64,000 nt of DNA from Chiloscyllium plagiosum (taxonomy: Eukaryota). The notes under the pieces are model-generated. The model had not been told where the DNA came from. It worked only from the letters and a program-made list of their open reading frames with translations, and made no database searches. The stretch covers positions 55,751,096 to 55,815,095 of the forward strand of contig NC_057718.1 in the NCBI RefSeq assembly GCF_004010195.1. The letters are read 5' to 3'. The translations under genes were made by a program, and so were the position numbers. Positions 13,049 to 26,115 of this stretch are shown piece by piece. Within the stretch, counting starts at the first letter, position 1. Every line of letters begins with the position of its first letter.

Positions 13049-13560
13049 TATATAAAAGATTTGGATGAGAATATAGGAGGCATGGATAGTAAGTTTGCAG
13101 ATGACACCAAAGTTGGTGGTATAGCGGATAGTGAAGAAGGTTTTCTAAGATTACAAAGAGATCTTGATCAGTTGGGTCAGTGGGCTGCGGAGTAGCAGAT
13201 GGAGGTTAATTTGGATAAATGTAAGGTATTCCATTTTGGTAAAACAAACATTGGCAGGACCAATTAATGAGCCCTGGGTAGTGTTGTAGAAGAGAGACAG
13301 CTAGAGGTTTGGGTACATAAGTTTTTGAAATTTGCATCATAGGTACACAGGTTGATTAAGAAGGTGTTTAGCACACTTGCCTTCGTTACTCACATTTTGA
13401 GTTTCAGAATTGTGGCATCATGTTGAGGTTGTAATGCGCTTTGGTGAGGCCTCTTTGAGAGTACCGTGTGTAGTTCTGGTTGCCCTGTTATAGGATGAAT
13501 ACGATTAAGTTTGAGAGGGTTCAGAAGAGATTTACCAGGACATTCCAGGAATGGAGAGTT

Positions 13561-13914
13561 TTTAAAATTCATTCACAGGACGAGAGTATCACTGGCTAGG
13601 CCAGCATTTATTGCCCATCCCTATTTGCCCAGAGGACAGTAAGAGTCAACCAAATTGATGGTGTGTGATGTCACATGTAGGCCTGACTAGGTAAGGATAG
13701 TAGTTTCCTTCCCTAAAGGACGTCTGTGAACCAGGTCGGTTTTTCCAACAATTGACAATGGATTCATTGTCATTATTAGATTTTTAATTCCAGATATTAA
13801 TCGAATTCAAATTCCATCATCTGCCGCGGTGCAATTTAACCCAGGTCCCCAGAACATTATCTGGGTCTCTGGATTAACAGTCAAGTGATAATACCACCAG
13901 GCCATTGCCGCCTC
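13561..13914 (-). mobile_element. tRNA-headed Deu-domain SINE (SacSINE1-like)
   Basis: Minus strand: tggcctggtgg A box, gggttaaattgc B-like box, ctggttcac...tttagggaaggaaa...ggcctacatgtgac body, tail gggcaataaatgctggcctagccag...tgaatgaa. Confidence 0.8.
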
Positions 13915-14492
13915 TGAATTATAAGAAGAGGCTGAATAGGCTGTGACCTTTTTCACTGGAACCTAGGAGGTTGAGGAGTAACCTTATCAAGGTTTATACA
14001 AACATGAGGTGAATAGCAAGGTTTGTTTCCCTACGGTGGCGGAATTCAAAACTAGGGGGCATATTTTTAAGGTGAGAGGAGAACATTTTAAAAAGGACAT
14101 GAAGGACCTTTTTACTAAAGTGGTTTGTGTGTGGAATGAACTGCTAAAGGAGCTGGTGGATGCAAGTACAGTTGCAATATTTTAAAAGATGTTTCGATAA
14201 GTACATGAATAGGAAAGAATTGGCGATGTATAGGTGAAAATGCAGGCGTATGGGACTAGTTTAGTTTGAGAACATGGTCGGTGTGGACCAGTTGGATTGA
14301 AGGGTCTGTTTCCATGCTGTATGACTCCAGTACTCAATAATTATTTACCTGTAGATAAAGTCTGTTTACTTGTAATAAATAGCAATTCTTGTTAAGTGTA
14401 GAAACTTGGTCCATTCTGTCTGTCAATCTGAGTATAAAAGACTGGTAAATTAGGGAATTTTGCTTATTTCCCCAAAAGAAAGTTGTAACTTT

Positions 14493-15515
14493 TGTGACAA
14501 TCCTGGAAATAGCGATCCTTGATTTCCAGTGCACAACCCAAGGGAGACATGACAAAATTAATATGTATACGGTCACATCTCATTTGGGAAAGTGCGCTGG
14601 TACTTGAACTTTAGTACTCCCAGGGTTTTAACAAAAGTTGAAGTGTTAGTCAAATTACTCCAAGTCCACAATTTTGTTGTCTAAGAACTGAGGTTAATAG
14701 AATACTAACCAGGTTTCTGTCCTCAACAATAAACTACTATTTATTACAAGTAAATAAGTTCTAATCACAGGAAAACAAAACACGGATGATCAACCTTTAA
14801 ATTTACCCCTCCTTAATCCAATATGCACCAAACTCCCATATACTCATGCAGACAGACACAGACAAACAAAAAAAAAACTTGTGTAGCGAAAACAATATTA
14901 GGGAGACACCATTTAGTAACATCACTCCACAGGATATACTAAGGTGTTCTTTTGCTTCTTGTGAGCTCATCTGCTCTCAAATTTGCTTCTTTCAAAATCT
15001 TTTCAGTGGATACAAGGACTTTCACACACTAATTTTCAGTCAGTCACTGGTTAGAGGCAACAGCTTATCAGTAAATGTTAAGTGAAAATAGCTACCTGTT
15101 TTCCGATTATTTGTTACTTCTCTGAAAGGAGACAGAAATGCTATCTTTTTAGAGTATTGTGTTATGTACACTCAGGCTGTCCATCTACCCAGGAACCAAT
15201 CAGAAAATTGTTGTCATGTTGAGCATTCCTGAACCACTCAACTAGTTCTGATTCAAAAATAACAATCAACAGGCTGTCTGAGCAAGACTGTCCTGAGCAC
15301 ACACCCACAGGTGCCAATGAGTTCAACAAACCCCTCTCACTGCTTGAACAAAGCAATAATGAAAAAAACAGCACACAATGAGTTCCAGTATTTTGTCTTA
15401 AAACTGCAAAATCTCCTTCCAAAATTTTCTTAGTTCAAAACAATATCCTTTTTCCATTTTGGTCTATGATCCAAAACTAAAGAAAAATAAAGACATATTG
15501 GGCTGCATCGTATAG
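14493..15515 (-). mobile_element. Probable solo LTR
   Basis: Starts TGTGAC, non-coding, AATAAA on the minus strand near 14740; right end uncertain. Confidence 0.3.
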
Positions 15516-15779
15516 GAGTCTGAATGTAATGGGCTATGGCGATATTTGTGGCAGAATCACAATGAAGTCTGGCAAGGCCAATCTCAACATTACCATTCCT
15601 GTTCTATCTTTAATGCTTTTGACAACCAGCATGGCGTGTTTTTTGCTCAGCAGTGGTGAATTGCCAATTAACAGGGATTATTACTTGTTAAGTGCCTGGT
15701 TAACAGCCCAACTTACCTCATTAATATTCAGCTCTCTATCATCAATTGCACTGAACCAACTAGACATAGAGAAAACTTG

Positions 15780-16960
15780 ACATTCAAAATCATAATGGGC
15801 ACCTGGTGACTTCAGCTCGCAGCTTGATCCAAAGGACCGCCATGTCGTTTCGGGTGAACCAGCATCTCAGAACAAGATTCACAGGCACCAGCCACACGCA
15901 TTTCTCATCAATGGACATGAGCATTTGCCAAACTGTCACAACTATCATGGAACACTCTAATACACTTGCAGGTCATTCAGGAAGTGCAGACTTGCATTTC
16001 AGTGTGCAGCTGACAATTAGCATAGAGAGGCAGCAGCAGGATCACTTTACGCACGATGCAGGCACCTGGCTCATGGATTAGACAAGCTGAATTTCAGGAC
16101 GGCTCGTTTGTTCTCTTGGTTCTCACTGACTTGCCACCTACCTTCTTTCAGTATCCATGCCTTGCAGTTGGGGAGCTGCAAACTCAGCGATCAGGGATCT
16201 GGACAGTCATGTCTAGGGACTGCTTGTCAAAGTACAACAGAGGTCTGGGACAAATACAGTATTGGGTTAAGTCTGTCGATCATTTAGGACGAGGTAAAGG
16301 TAGCCTGGGTGTGTACTGGGGAAAATGGGTAGGGTAGCCTGGGGATACAAGGAAGCAGAGGCCTTTCAAAGAGAGTGATGGATGGGCAGGCAGGTGTATG
16401 GGGGTATGTGGAACAGCATTGGAGAGCATAGTAAGCTACAGGGACAGAGGATGGAGTGATAGTGACAATGACCAACATCATGTCTTCCATAGAGGGAGCA
16501 CAGAGGAGATGGGTGGACATAATTAAAGTATAGTGCTGGGCTTCAGGAGGTGTTCAGGATAATTGTATACTAAGTTCAATGTGGTTGGTCCTCATTGAAG
16601 AGGGATGAGTGGAAATGGGCTGTTGGGATAGTATGTAAGAGGGAACATGGAGGTTCTTGAGGGGCTATCGGTGACTAGGCAGAGCTTAATGCTGACAGCA
16701 TCCATTGTGAATTGCATTTCCTGTCATCACTTGCCATTGTCTAAATGTGGACTGTGATGGAACAAAGCTGGCAAAGAGCTTCCATTGCTCGGATCGGTTT
16801 GGAGGCAGAGCCCTCCAATGTACTGTAGATGGAGTGTGCCACATCATCCTGCTATGCTGTGCTTGCACAGTTAAAGTAAGTAATGAAGCAATGCTAGAAG
16901 CTGAGGAATTGGAGGAATGGGAATAGTGTTCTGAGAGGAGGAAGGAGACTTTGGGAAGGA
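15780..16960 (+). mobile_element. Decayed PIF/Harbinger transposase (HARBI1-like) relic
   Basis: 16774-16870 reads KSFHCSDRFGGRALQCTVDGVCHIILLCCA/LHS, resembling the Harbinger C-terminal RFRCLD..GGALQY.P..V..II..CC.LHN motif. Confidence 0.6.
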
Positions 16961-18296
16961 GAAAGTTCTCCTTGTGTGTGACAGAGCTTTGCTCCATTGG
17001 TTGATAAAAGCAAAACAGGAGCTGCTTGACACCTAGTTCTAGTAGATGGGACCTGGGTGTAGTAGACCATCACAGACTGTAAAATAGCTGTTGGTCATCA
17101 TGCCAGCATTTGGTTTGCAGAGTGGGAGTGAACTTTATCCTAAATTGATTTTGCTTGTGATCTCTTTTGATGCCAGTAAATAAAAGCTCATCTTTAGAAT
17201 TTTCCAATAGGTTGGATATATGTGATGTCTTCCTGCTGGACAATGACAAGCTGTGGATGTCCACTGGGCATTGGGGATAGAGTAGCAGTGACTTAAAAAG
17301 GGTGTTTTGACAGATTGTATCTGTGGATCAATAAACTGTGTCATCTAAAGGTTAAACACTAGTTTGAGAGAATGGCCTTGCATGCATGAGAGAATGTTGT
17401 CATGCCAGCTATGTGCTGTGGACTGCATGGCTGCAGTGCCATGACATTGTCAATGAGGGCAGCACTGGATTGCCAGAGTTTGTCCAGGTGCACATTGCAT
17501 GGAAAAATTGCACGATAAGATGGGGCTGGAATTGGCTGTGTTGAACATGTTGGGGCTGAGTAGATAGTTGGTGTTAAGCTTTGGTAAAATATAATGAGGA
17601 AATCCACTGGACCTTTAGTGAGAAATCCAAAAATCTAAACACCACTCACACATCCCCAAAAGATTCAGCCCATAGTTTTTACAATAGATATTTCAATAAT
17701 ATAGTTCAGCCTAACTGTTTGCCACTGTTCACCTTATTATTTGCTTTTTGTTGTGTTGCAGTTGATGTTTTCTCCATTTTTCTTAAATCAAAATCTCTTC
17801 AGTATATGTAAATATTATAAAGTGTAACAAAATTATGGTGCTGAAACTGTATTATGACATAACTTCCATTTTGTAAAACAACTTGTATAAAAATCTGCCT
17901 CCGTTGCAATGTTTTCTGTAGCTGTTTGGTATTTACTAATTAATTGTCTTCTGCCAAGCAGCCTTAAAATTTCATTATATAAGGTTTCTGGCATACAAAA
18001 TGGTCATCCCATTTTGGTGCATATTTGGCAAGAGGACTAAGCAACATTGCAAACTTTTCACTGCACTCATTCGAGTGCATGTGACAATAAAGCTAATTTA
18101 ATTCACTAAAACACATCAGAAATTGAAGTATACCTCCTCTTTACTCCATAAATACCAAAAGTTCACGAGTTATTTTGCAAAGGCACTGAAAACTTACAGA
18201 GCCATTCGTATTCCAGTTTTTCACATTCTGCTTGTTAGTCTGAGATCCTGCCATTTCAATATCAGTACCGGAGAAAAATCCCTTTGTCATAAATGT

Positions 18297-18785
18297 GAAG
18301 CTGGAAAAGCACAGCAGGTCAGACAGCACCGAGGAGCAGGAAAGTCAACGTTTCAGGCTGAAACCCTTCATCAGGACTGGGAGGGAGAGGGATGCCAGAA
18401 GTATATAGAGGGAGGGGATTGGGGCTGGTGGAAGGGTAGGTGGATGCAGCTTGGGCATTATTGTGATTGGTCAGTGAGAAGGGTGGAGCGGATTGGTGCA
18501 TAAGAAGATGGACAGGTTAGGCCAGGTCAGGGAGAGGAGGAGGAGCGGTGAGCTAGACATGGGATAAGTCTAGTGGAGGAGGGATTTTGAAACTGGTGAA
18601 ATCGATGTTGAGGCCTTTGGGTGTAAGATTCCCAGGCGAAATATAAGGTATTGTTCCTCCAGTTTCCGTTTGGCCTCACTTTGACTATGGAGGAGGCCAA
18701 GGATGGACATGTCACCAGGGAGTGGGAGGGGGGAATTAAAATGGATAACAACTGGAAGATCGGGTTGGTTGATGCATGCAAAAAT
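18297..18785 (-). mobile_element. Penelope-like element 3' part (GIY-YIG C-terminus, hammerhead motif at 18345-18374)
   Basis: ORF 18570..18818 PDLPVVIHFNS...MSILGLL...KRKLEEQYLIFRLG; CTGATGAAGGGTTTCAGCCTGAAACGTT. Confidence 0.85.
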
Positions 18786-20539
18786 CCCTTCATACACTGC
18801 TGAGTTAACATGGAGCAATAGAACTGGTTACTTTATAACTTCCTTTTGTATTAATTTATTCTTTGAATAGTCAAATAATAGATACCTATTTAATATAGTT
18901 CTTTTTCTTAAGTCTGGGGTCAATAGAGTGTGTGATGTGATATGTTGCCCATCACAAACGCACTGAATAATATAGTCAATAAGTGGCATTTTTCCCTCCT
19001 TAGAAGTGGCAGGGCAGGTGGCAAAATGGGCAAATAATGAGGCAGGTTAGCACCAGAAAAATACCGGTCCTCTTTCTGTCAACTCAGAAATCAAGTTCTG
19101 ATTGGGAATATGCATGGACAAACGTTTGGTCTATTACAATTAAGGTCTATAAGTGGTCAGTCAATAACAAATTTAGTGGTTCAACTCATTATTGGTCTAA
19201 TTAGCTGCCTTCTTAGCAGGCAGGAAAAGTGGATGGTTTCCCAACAGGATGCCAAGTTGAAGGGGGTGGGGGCAGCCTAAGCCTGTCTGACTCTTCAACT
19301 CCCAGTGCTGCCAGACTAATATTGCTGGTTGCTTCTGTTGGATTGAGACTTCCACTGGCAAGGTACTTGTTAGACCAAGAAGTTAGCTGCTTAGCAGTTG
19401 AGTACCTGATTGATGCTTGATCCAGTGAGCTTTTTTCAGATTGACAGTAGGGCACTGTCTTCATTAAAGATGCCATCCTCAGACTTCGTGTAAAGTAAAT
19501 AAATTCTATCCCATATTTCCCAATTCTCCAGCTTGGATAGAAACTTGGAGGTAATTTGCATCTGAATTTCCTCAATGCCTTTTCCAATAATTAAAGTAAC
19601 GTGTGTAGAGAGTTTAAGTTCGTAAAATTACCTCTGTTGTTAGAAAACCTTGTACAGTTAATGTTAAAATATTAGTATGTCTCCAGGTAAGGTATCATTG
19701 TCCTTTTTTGTGGGTCATGTTTAATTTATGAAATAGATCATTGGTAATCTGCACATAATGCTCATTGTTTATGATTCGCTTTCGACTCTTGAAGGAGAGG
19801 TAGTAGTTTTTTTGATAGAGCAAACAGAAAGAAACTGTTTCCTCTGACGTGATGTAGTATAATATGTTAATGGCATGATGATATATTAGATAGTGTAACA
19901 TTGATATCAGCAGTCACATTATTAAAACTCAAAAAGGAATGGCTTAACCTGTATTAGAGAGCCGTAAAACAGATTTCAATATAATGTATAATGTGCAAAT
20001 AAAAAAGTATGTTGGAATTCCTGAGAGTCAGTAATAGTTACACTTATGTAAGGACAATATACAGATGCAGCACAGCAAGAGTGGAGACAGAACTATTTAA
20101 GGCAGCAGTCTCATAGCAGAGCAGAATAGAATCCTCCCAAAGCGTAAACATCATGGCAGTCTAACACACGAAGACTAATCAACTCAGGGTTGACAGTTGA
20201 AACTGAGTGAATTCACACCAGAGGATATCAGGGACAATTCACGGTAATTGACAAAAGAATCAGAGAATGAGAAGAAATATTTTTATACAATAACCAACAT
20301 AAACTGGAACTGATTATTGGATATGACGGTGGAAACAATGGAAATTGGATAAATGTTTGATGGAAAATGTAAGATTATGTGCAAAGAGCAGCACATTGGA
20401 TTTAACTGGATCTCTTTCAAAGAGCTAGCACAACTATGATGGGCCAAATGGCTTCCTTCAGTGCATTCAAGACAAGTTGTATCCTAAGCAGTTCAAATAC
20501 TTAATGAGATGGAGAGTTAGCTTAATTATATATTTTTAA

Positions 20540-20809
<270 letters not shown>

Positions 20810-21190
20810 TGAATTTTATTTCATCATTAAACTATTACCTATTTGGACAAAGGACATTATATATTAAATATATGAATAGACAGATACTGTGCCAATGAGG
20901 TATAGCCCGTTAGAATTGAAATGACCTTTTTCACAGGATGGTACTATAGAATTTAAATTCTGAAATTTTCCACGTGCTGGAGAGCAGAATAGACTGTAAC
21001 TCAGAAGATGAAGGAAATTTGTATTACATTGCATTGTACAAGAAAAGCAAGGGAGGATAGATAAATGACTTGGCTGTAATCTTTGCCAATTAATCATTTC
21101 TGATATGTTTACTGAAATACTTTTTTTGTTTCAGTTCAATCTATAGTAGATCGATGTTTATATGTTAACAGTAACAATATTTTTTGTTAG

Positions 21191-21346
<156 letters not shown>

Positions 21347-21799
21347 TGATTTTCAATATTACAACAGGTCTTCCAATTTTAGAGGAACTAACTGAATGCT
21401 TGCTAGATATATTCACTGCAGAAAAGTATATTTGTGTGCCCATCTTCCTCATCAAAGGAAAGTATAAACTTCCCCACAGTGCGCTTTTCTCAGTTGGAAC
21501 TTGTAATGTTTCACCTGTGCATGGATTAAGTAACTAATAGTACAACATGGGAAATAAGCAGGGCCATAAATTACAGTATAGCTGTTCCCTGTAACATTGG
21601 AATTCTCTAAAATGAAATTTATTTTCTTACATTTTTCAAACCTGCATAGTTCCAAGCTATACCCCACACTATGCCAAAAAGCATTGGACTGCTTTGCTCC
21701 ATTATAACAGTGATTGCACTAAAAAAAGTAATCCATTGGATGTAAAGGATGTCTTAACGTTTGAGAGGTGTTATAGAAATTGAATTCTTTAACTCATTG

Positions 21800-22330
21800 A
21801 ACAGTGAAGCACCAAAGGAGGCCATTTAGTCTATCGATCAGTGTCTGCTCTTTAAAGAGTAATCCAATTAGTCCCACTACCCTGATAATTTGCCAGTTCC
21901 TATGAAATTTACTCTGTTTGTATCCAGTCCCTTGTGCAGGCTACTGTTGATTGTGTATCCATGAGCCTATCATTTTCAAATCATAGCCATCTATACATAG
22001 AAACATTTCTTCTCATTTATCTTTCACCAATCATCTCAAGTCTGAGCATTCTAGTTACTGCCCTTCAAACACTGGAAGCAATTTCTCTTTACTTATTCTA
22101 TCTCAGCCTTTCATGATATTAAGTTGTTCTACCAAATCCCTTTGGACTGTAAGGAGAACAACCCCAGCTTCTACAGTCTATAACCACTATGGTGAGTCCC
22201 TTCTGTATCCTTTCCAAAGCCTTTATACCTTTACTTTTATAGTGGATACCTCTCTCTTAAAACTCAGGGCCCCTTTTTTTTAACTGTCTTATTAACCTGT
22301 CCTTACACCTTCAAATTTGGGTACATGTTT
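21800..22330 (-). mobile_element. Old CR1 3' fragment
   Basis: Degenerate match to other CR1 3' ends (ggaggccattt..., aaggagaacaaccccagctt). Confidence 0.55.
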
Positions 22331-22361
22331 CTCTTGCCCCTTTTATCCCATAAGCTTCATT

Positions 22362-24165
22362 AGGGAGCATTACTGGCATAGTGAATGCCATTGGATTAGT
22401 GGAGACATGGTTTCAAATCTCACCATCAAAGTTGGTGGAATTTAAATTCAATTAATTAATAAATATGGCGTTAAAAGCTAAAAATGGTGGCCATGAACCC
22501 ACCATTTGTCATTGTGAAAACAATCTGGTTCACTAATGCACATTTGGGAAGGAAATCTGTCATACGCCCCTAGTTGGTTCTATATGCGACTCCAGGCCCA
22601 CAGCGATGTAATTAACTCTTAACTGCCCTTAGAAATTATTTAGCAAACCAGTTGTTTCAAAGTCAAAATGGACAGACTACCCAGCATCCACCTAAGCATC
22701 AGAAATGGCAATTGTACATCAGGCCTTGTTGACTGAAAATTCCTCTTAATATTGAGGAGCTTGTGTCAAAATTGGGAGAACTGACCCACAGATTAATTAA
22801 GCGATAGTCTAATGTAGTCACACACACTGAATCATTTCTTATTGACAATGTCCCAGACGTCACTACCCTCAGTAGGATCTCTCCTGTTGGCAGGATAGTC
22901 CCAGTAGAAGTCGCAACACTGTGTGCATTTGGGAGAGAGTTGCCTGGCAGTCATTAATATTGATTGTGGATCTCGTGAAACGTCATGATATTCGGTCAAA
23001 CTTGGACAAGCGGATTTCCTGTTGTATACCACCTATTCCCAAACCCCACCTCTTTATTACTCAATGTTTTACACCAATCGTAAGAAGGACTGAAGATGAC
23101 AAAAACAGATACAAAAGAAACTTCTACTGACTAAGCTAACTAAGACCTAAAAGACATAACTGCTAGTTGGGTTCTGTGGCATGTAGCGGGTGAGTCAGCA
23201 AGAGGAAAAACATACTAGTCCTTATCCTCAGCAATCTACCTGTCAGCGGATTCATCTGTCCATGACAGTATTGATAAGACTGACCACCACATGGTTTTCA
23301 TGAAGAAAAAGTCCCATCTTCACACTGAGGACAACTTCCATCATGTTGTGTGGCACTACCATTGTACTAAATGGATAGATTTCAAGCAGACCTAGCAATT
23401 CAAAATTGGGCATTCATAACGCACTATGGGCCATCAGCAATAGCAGCAGATTTATTCCATCACAATCTGTAATCTCATGATTTGATATATCCCCCAATCT
23501 ACCATTAACATCAAACCAGGAGATCGCCTCAATGAAGAATACAGAGGGGGCAGCCAGGAGCAGCATCAGACATACCTAAATATGGCATATTAATCTGCTG
23601 AAGCTACAGTACTGAATTGCTTGCGTGCCAACAGGTGATACAAATTGTGATAGAGAGAGCTAAGGGAACCTATAACCAATGAATCAGTCCTGCTGCATCC
23701 AATCAGTAATGGCGAGCTTAAACAACTATAGGAATCTATACAAATAGACCCATCCTCAATGATGGGAAGCCCAGTGTATCAGTGTAAAATGCAACACTGA
23801 AACTTTAGCAACTATCTTCAGTCAAAATGGTTGATCCATCTCCTGAGGTCCCCAGCATCGCAGATGTCAGTCTTCAGTCAATTCACTTTACTCCTATGAT
23901 ATCAAGACAAGATTGAAGGAAATAATACTGAAGACTTGTACTCCAGAACTAGCCACACCCTTAGCCAAACTGTTCTTATACAGCTGTAACATTCGCATTT
24001 ACCTGACATGGCGGAAGATTGGCCAGGTGGGTCATGTCCAGGAAAGTCAGGACAATTCCCACCCAGCCAACTACTGCCCTATAAATCTATTCTTGATCAG
24101 CAAAGTATTGGGAAGTGTTGTCCATATGGCTATCAAGCAGCACTTAAAGAGCAATAATCTGCTCA
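22362..24165 (+). mobile_element. Decayed CR1/L2-group LINE with SINE-like (tRNA + Deu-like) 5' region, APE endonuclease and RT start
   Basis: 22362-22630 aligns by eye to the SINE at 13561-13914; then NI.ELVSKLGELTHRLIK...TESFL (endonuclease start) and ORF 23913..24218 LKTCTPELATPLAKLF...PANYCPINL. Confidence 0.75.
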
Positions 24166-24250
24166 GAAACAAAAACAGAAAATGCTGGATAGTTCAGCAG
24201 GTCTGGTGCCATCTGTGAAAGGAGAAACAGAATTAATGATTCAAGTCCAT
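24165..24250 (-). mobile_element. Short PLE 3' end
   Basis: aaacagaaaatgctgga...cagcaggtctgg...catctgtg, as at 55140-55240 and the reverse of 60805-60897. Confidence 0.65.
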
Positions 24251-24254
24251 TGGT

Positions 24255-24592
24255 TTGGCAATGCTGGTGTTGGACTGGGGTGTACAAAGTCAAAAATCAC
24301 ACAACACCAGGTTATAGTCCAACAGGTTTAATTGGAAGCACTAGCTTTCGGAGCTGCTCCTTCATCAGGTGGTTTGGAGTATAAGATTGTAAGACACAGA
24401 ATTTATAGCAAAAGTTTACAGTGTGATGTAACTGAAATTATATATTGAAAAAGACTTGGATTGTTTGTTAAGTCTCTCGTCTGTTAGAATGACCATGTTG
24501 GTTTCAGTTCTTTCATATGTAAATCACAAAACTTTTTTACAAGTTACATTCTCAAGTGAACTTTATCAATTGGTGTCATGTTGGCCCAGATA
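24255..24592 (-). mobile_element. Second PLE family 3' end
   Basis: Hammerhead motif followed by aaacctgttggactataacctggtgttgtgtgattttt and a partial repeat of it. Confidence 0.7.
24339..24371 (-). ncRNA. Minimal type I hammerhead ribozyme motif
   Basis: CAC-CUGAUGA-A-GGAG(CAG)CUCC-GAA-AGCU-A-GUG: stem I CAC/GUG, 4-bp stem II, palindromic AGCU in place of stem III, predicted CUA cleavage triplet. Confidence 0.75.
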
Positions 24593-24924
24593 TGGAACTC
24601 AGTAATCTGCTCATTGACATATCTAGATTTTTGAAACCATGGAGCCTTGCCATCCTTGCGAAAATGTTGGAGGAGGCCAAAAATTGAACATTTTGCCCCC
24701 TCCCCAAACATGACACTTGCCATTTTCAAAAAAGCAGGAATAGAGGTAGATTGCATTTCATGCACCTGTCTTTAGTGGATGCAGCTGTTCATATAAATCT
24801 ACAGCTGCTTCCAATTATCTGATTTTTGGGACCAAATGAATGAAAAATGACATGTATTGTGTAAACCTTTTGGAAGCAAATCGAGGTATTGTGGATTCTT
24901 TTGGACGGCTCAGTTTATGCAGCT

Positions 24925-25345
24925 TTATGAACAGCTTAGGCCTATACTCTGGAGTTTAGAAGAATGAGGGGAGATCAAATTGAAGTGTTCAAGATGATAA
25001 AACATGTGAATAAAATAGACGTGGAGCAGATGCTTCCTCTTATGGGGCATTCTAGGATGAGAGGTCTTAGGATAAGGGGTAGCAAATTTAAAACAAAGTT
25101 GAGGAGAAACTACATCTTCCAAGGGGTTGTAAATCTCTGGAATTGACTACCCCCAAAGTGCGGTGGATGCTGGAGCAGTGAATAAATTTAAGGAGGAGGT
25201 CGACAGATTTTTAATTGGTAATGCGTTGAAGGGATATGGGAGAGAAGGCAGGAAATGAGGGTGAGGAGCATATCAGCCATGACCGAATGGCAGAGCAGAC
25301 ATGATGGGCCAAATGGTTTAATTCTTCTCCTATATCTTGTGAACT
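24925..25345 (+). mobile_element. CR1 3' fragment
   Basis: ORF 24964..25146 RGDQIEVFKMI...VVNLWN plus tail. Confidence 0.85.
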
Positions 25346-25423
25346 TTGCATTATTGCAATATAGACAGCAATTGCCTGGTCCTAATCCACAGTTTCTGCT
25401 GTCTTAATCCAGTTTCTCTCCTA

Positions 25424-25552
25424 GTAAAAGCAAAATATTTTGGATACTGGAAATCTGAAATAAAAACAGAAGAGTCAAATTCAAACATTAACCCTGTTTC
25501 TCTCTCCACAGGTGCTGCTAGATCTGCTAAGTTTCTCCAGCACTTTCTATTG
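25424..25552. mobile_element. Small old PLE fold-back remnant
   Basis: Inverted PLE tail followed by direct aaacattaac...ctctccacag.tgctgc.aga.ctgct.agttt.tccagca. Confidence 0.55.
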
Positions 25553-25643
25553 CAAGTTTTTCTTAGAAGTTTGACAAGAAATGTAATATAATAATATACT
25601 CCATCCTACCTTCCAAAGTTAAAAAAAATGCAATGGCTGTATG

Positions 25644-25645
<2 letters not shown>

Positions 25646-25674
<29 letters not shown>
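25646..25674. repeat. (AT)n microsatellite
   Basis: About 14 perfect AT units. Confidence 0.95.
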
Positions 25675-25679
<5 letters not shown>

Positions 25680-26021
25680 GTAAATTGTGAAATGCCAAAT
25701 AAAATAATTGCCTTGAATATTATAATTCCGGAACTTCAGTTAGAAAGCTGGTTTTCAGCTCTCATTTATTTTTCAATCTTATCGTTTATAATTTAGCCAT
25801 AATTGGAGAATGGTGATTTGTATCATTATATATCTAAATACCTCCAATACCTTTAACGAAGGTCGAATATTGGGTAGCATGCTATTTAGTGTATTATATA
25901 GTTATTGCACTAGTATTTAGTATTCTATGAAGCAATAACACATGCAATCTGAATTTTAAGTTACTTTGCATTTCTGAAAAGTAAGCAATACATTTTATGG
26001 ACATTTCCATTTATTTTGCAG

Positions 26022-26115
26022 CTGATGGAAAAAATTTGGTGTCGGTTGGTTTGGATGACAACCACACTATTGTAGTGTGGGACTGGAAAAAGGGAGAAAG
26101 ACAAGCAACATCAAG
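26022..26115 (+). CDS. EML6: EML6 exon ([32 protein letters not shown])
   Basis: ttttgcag acceptor, AG|gttagc donor; 94 nt, phase 1 to 2; inside ORF 25997..26185. Confidence 0.95.

Larger units (their letters stand above)
12515..14327 (+). mobile_element. CR1 LINE (RT to tail) carrying nested MITE and SINE
   Basis: GSV...FVIY|INDLD...SKFADDTK, 3' tail at 14300-14327; CR1 sequence resumes on either side of both inserts. Confidence 0.85.
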
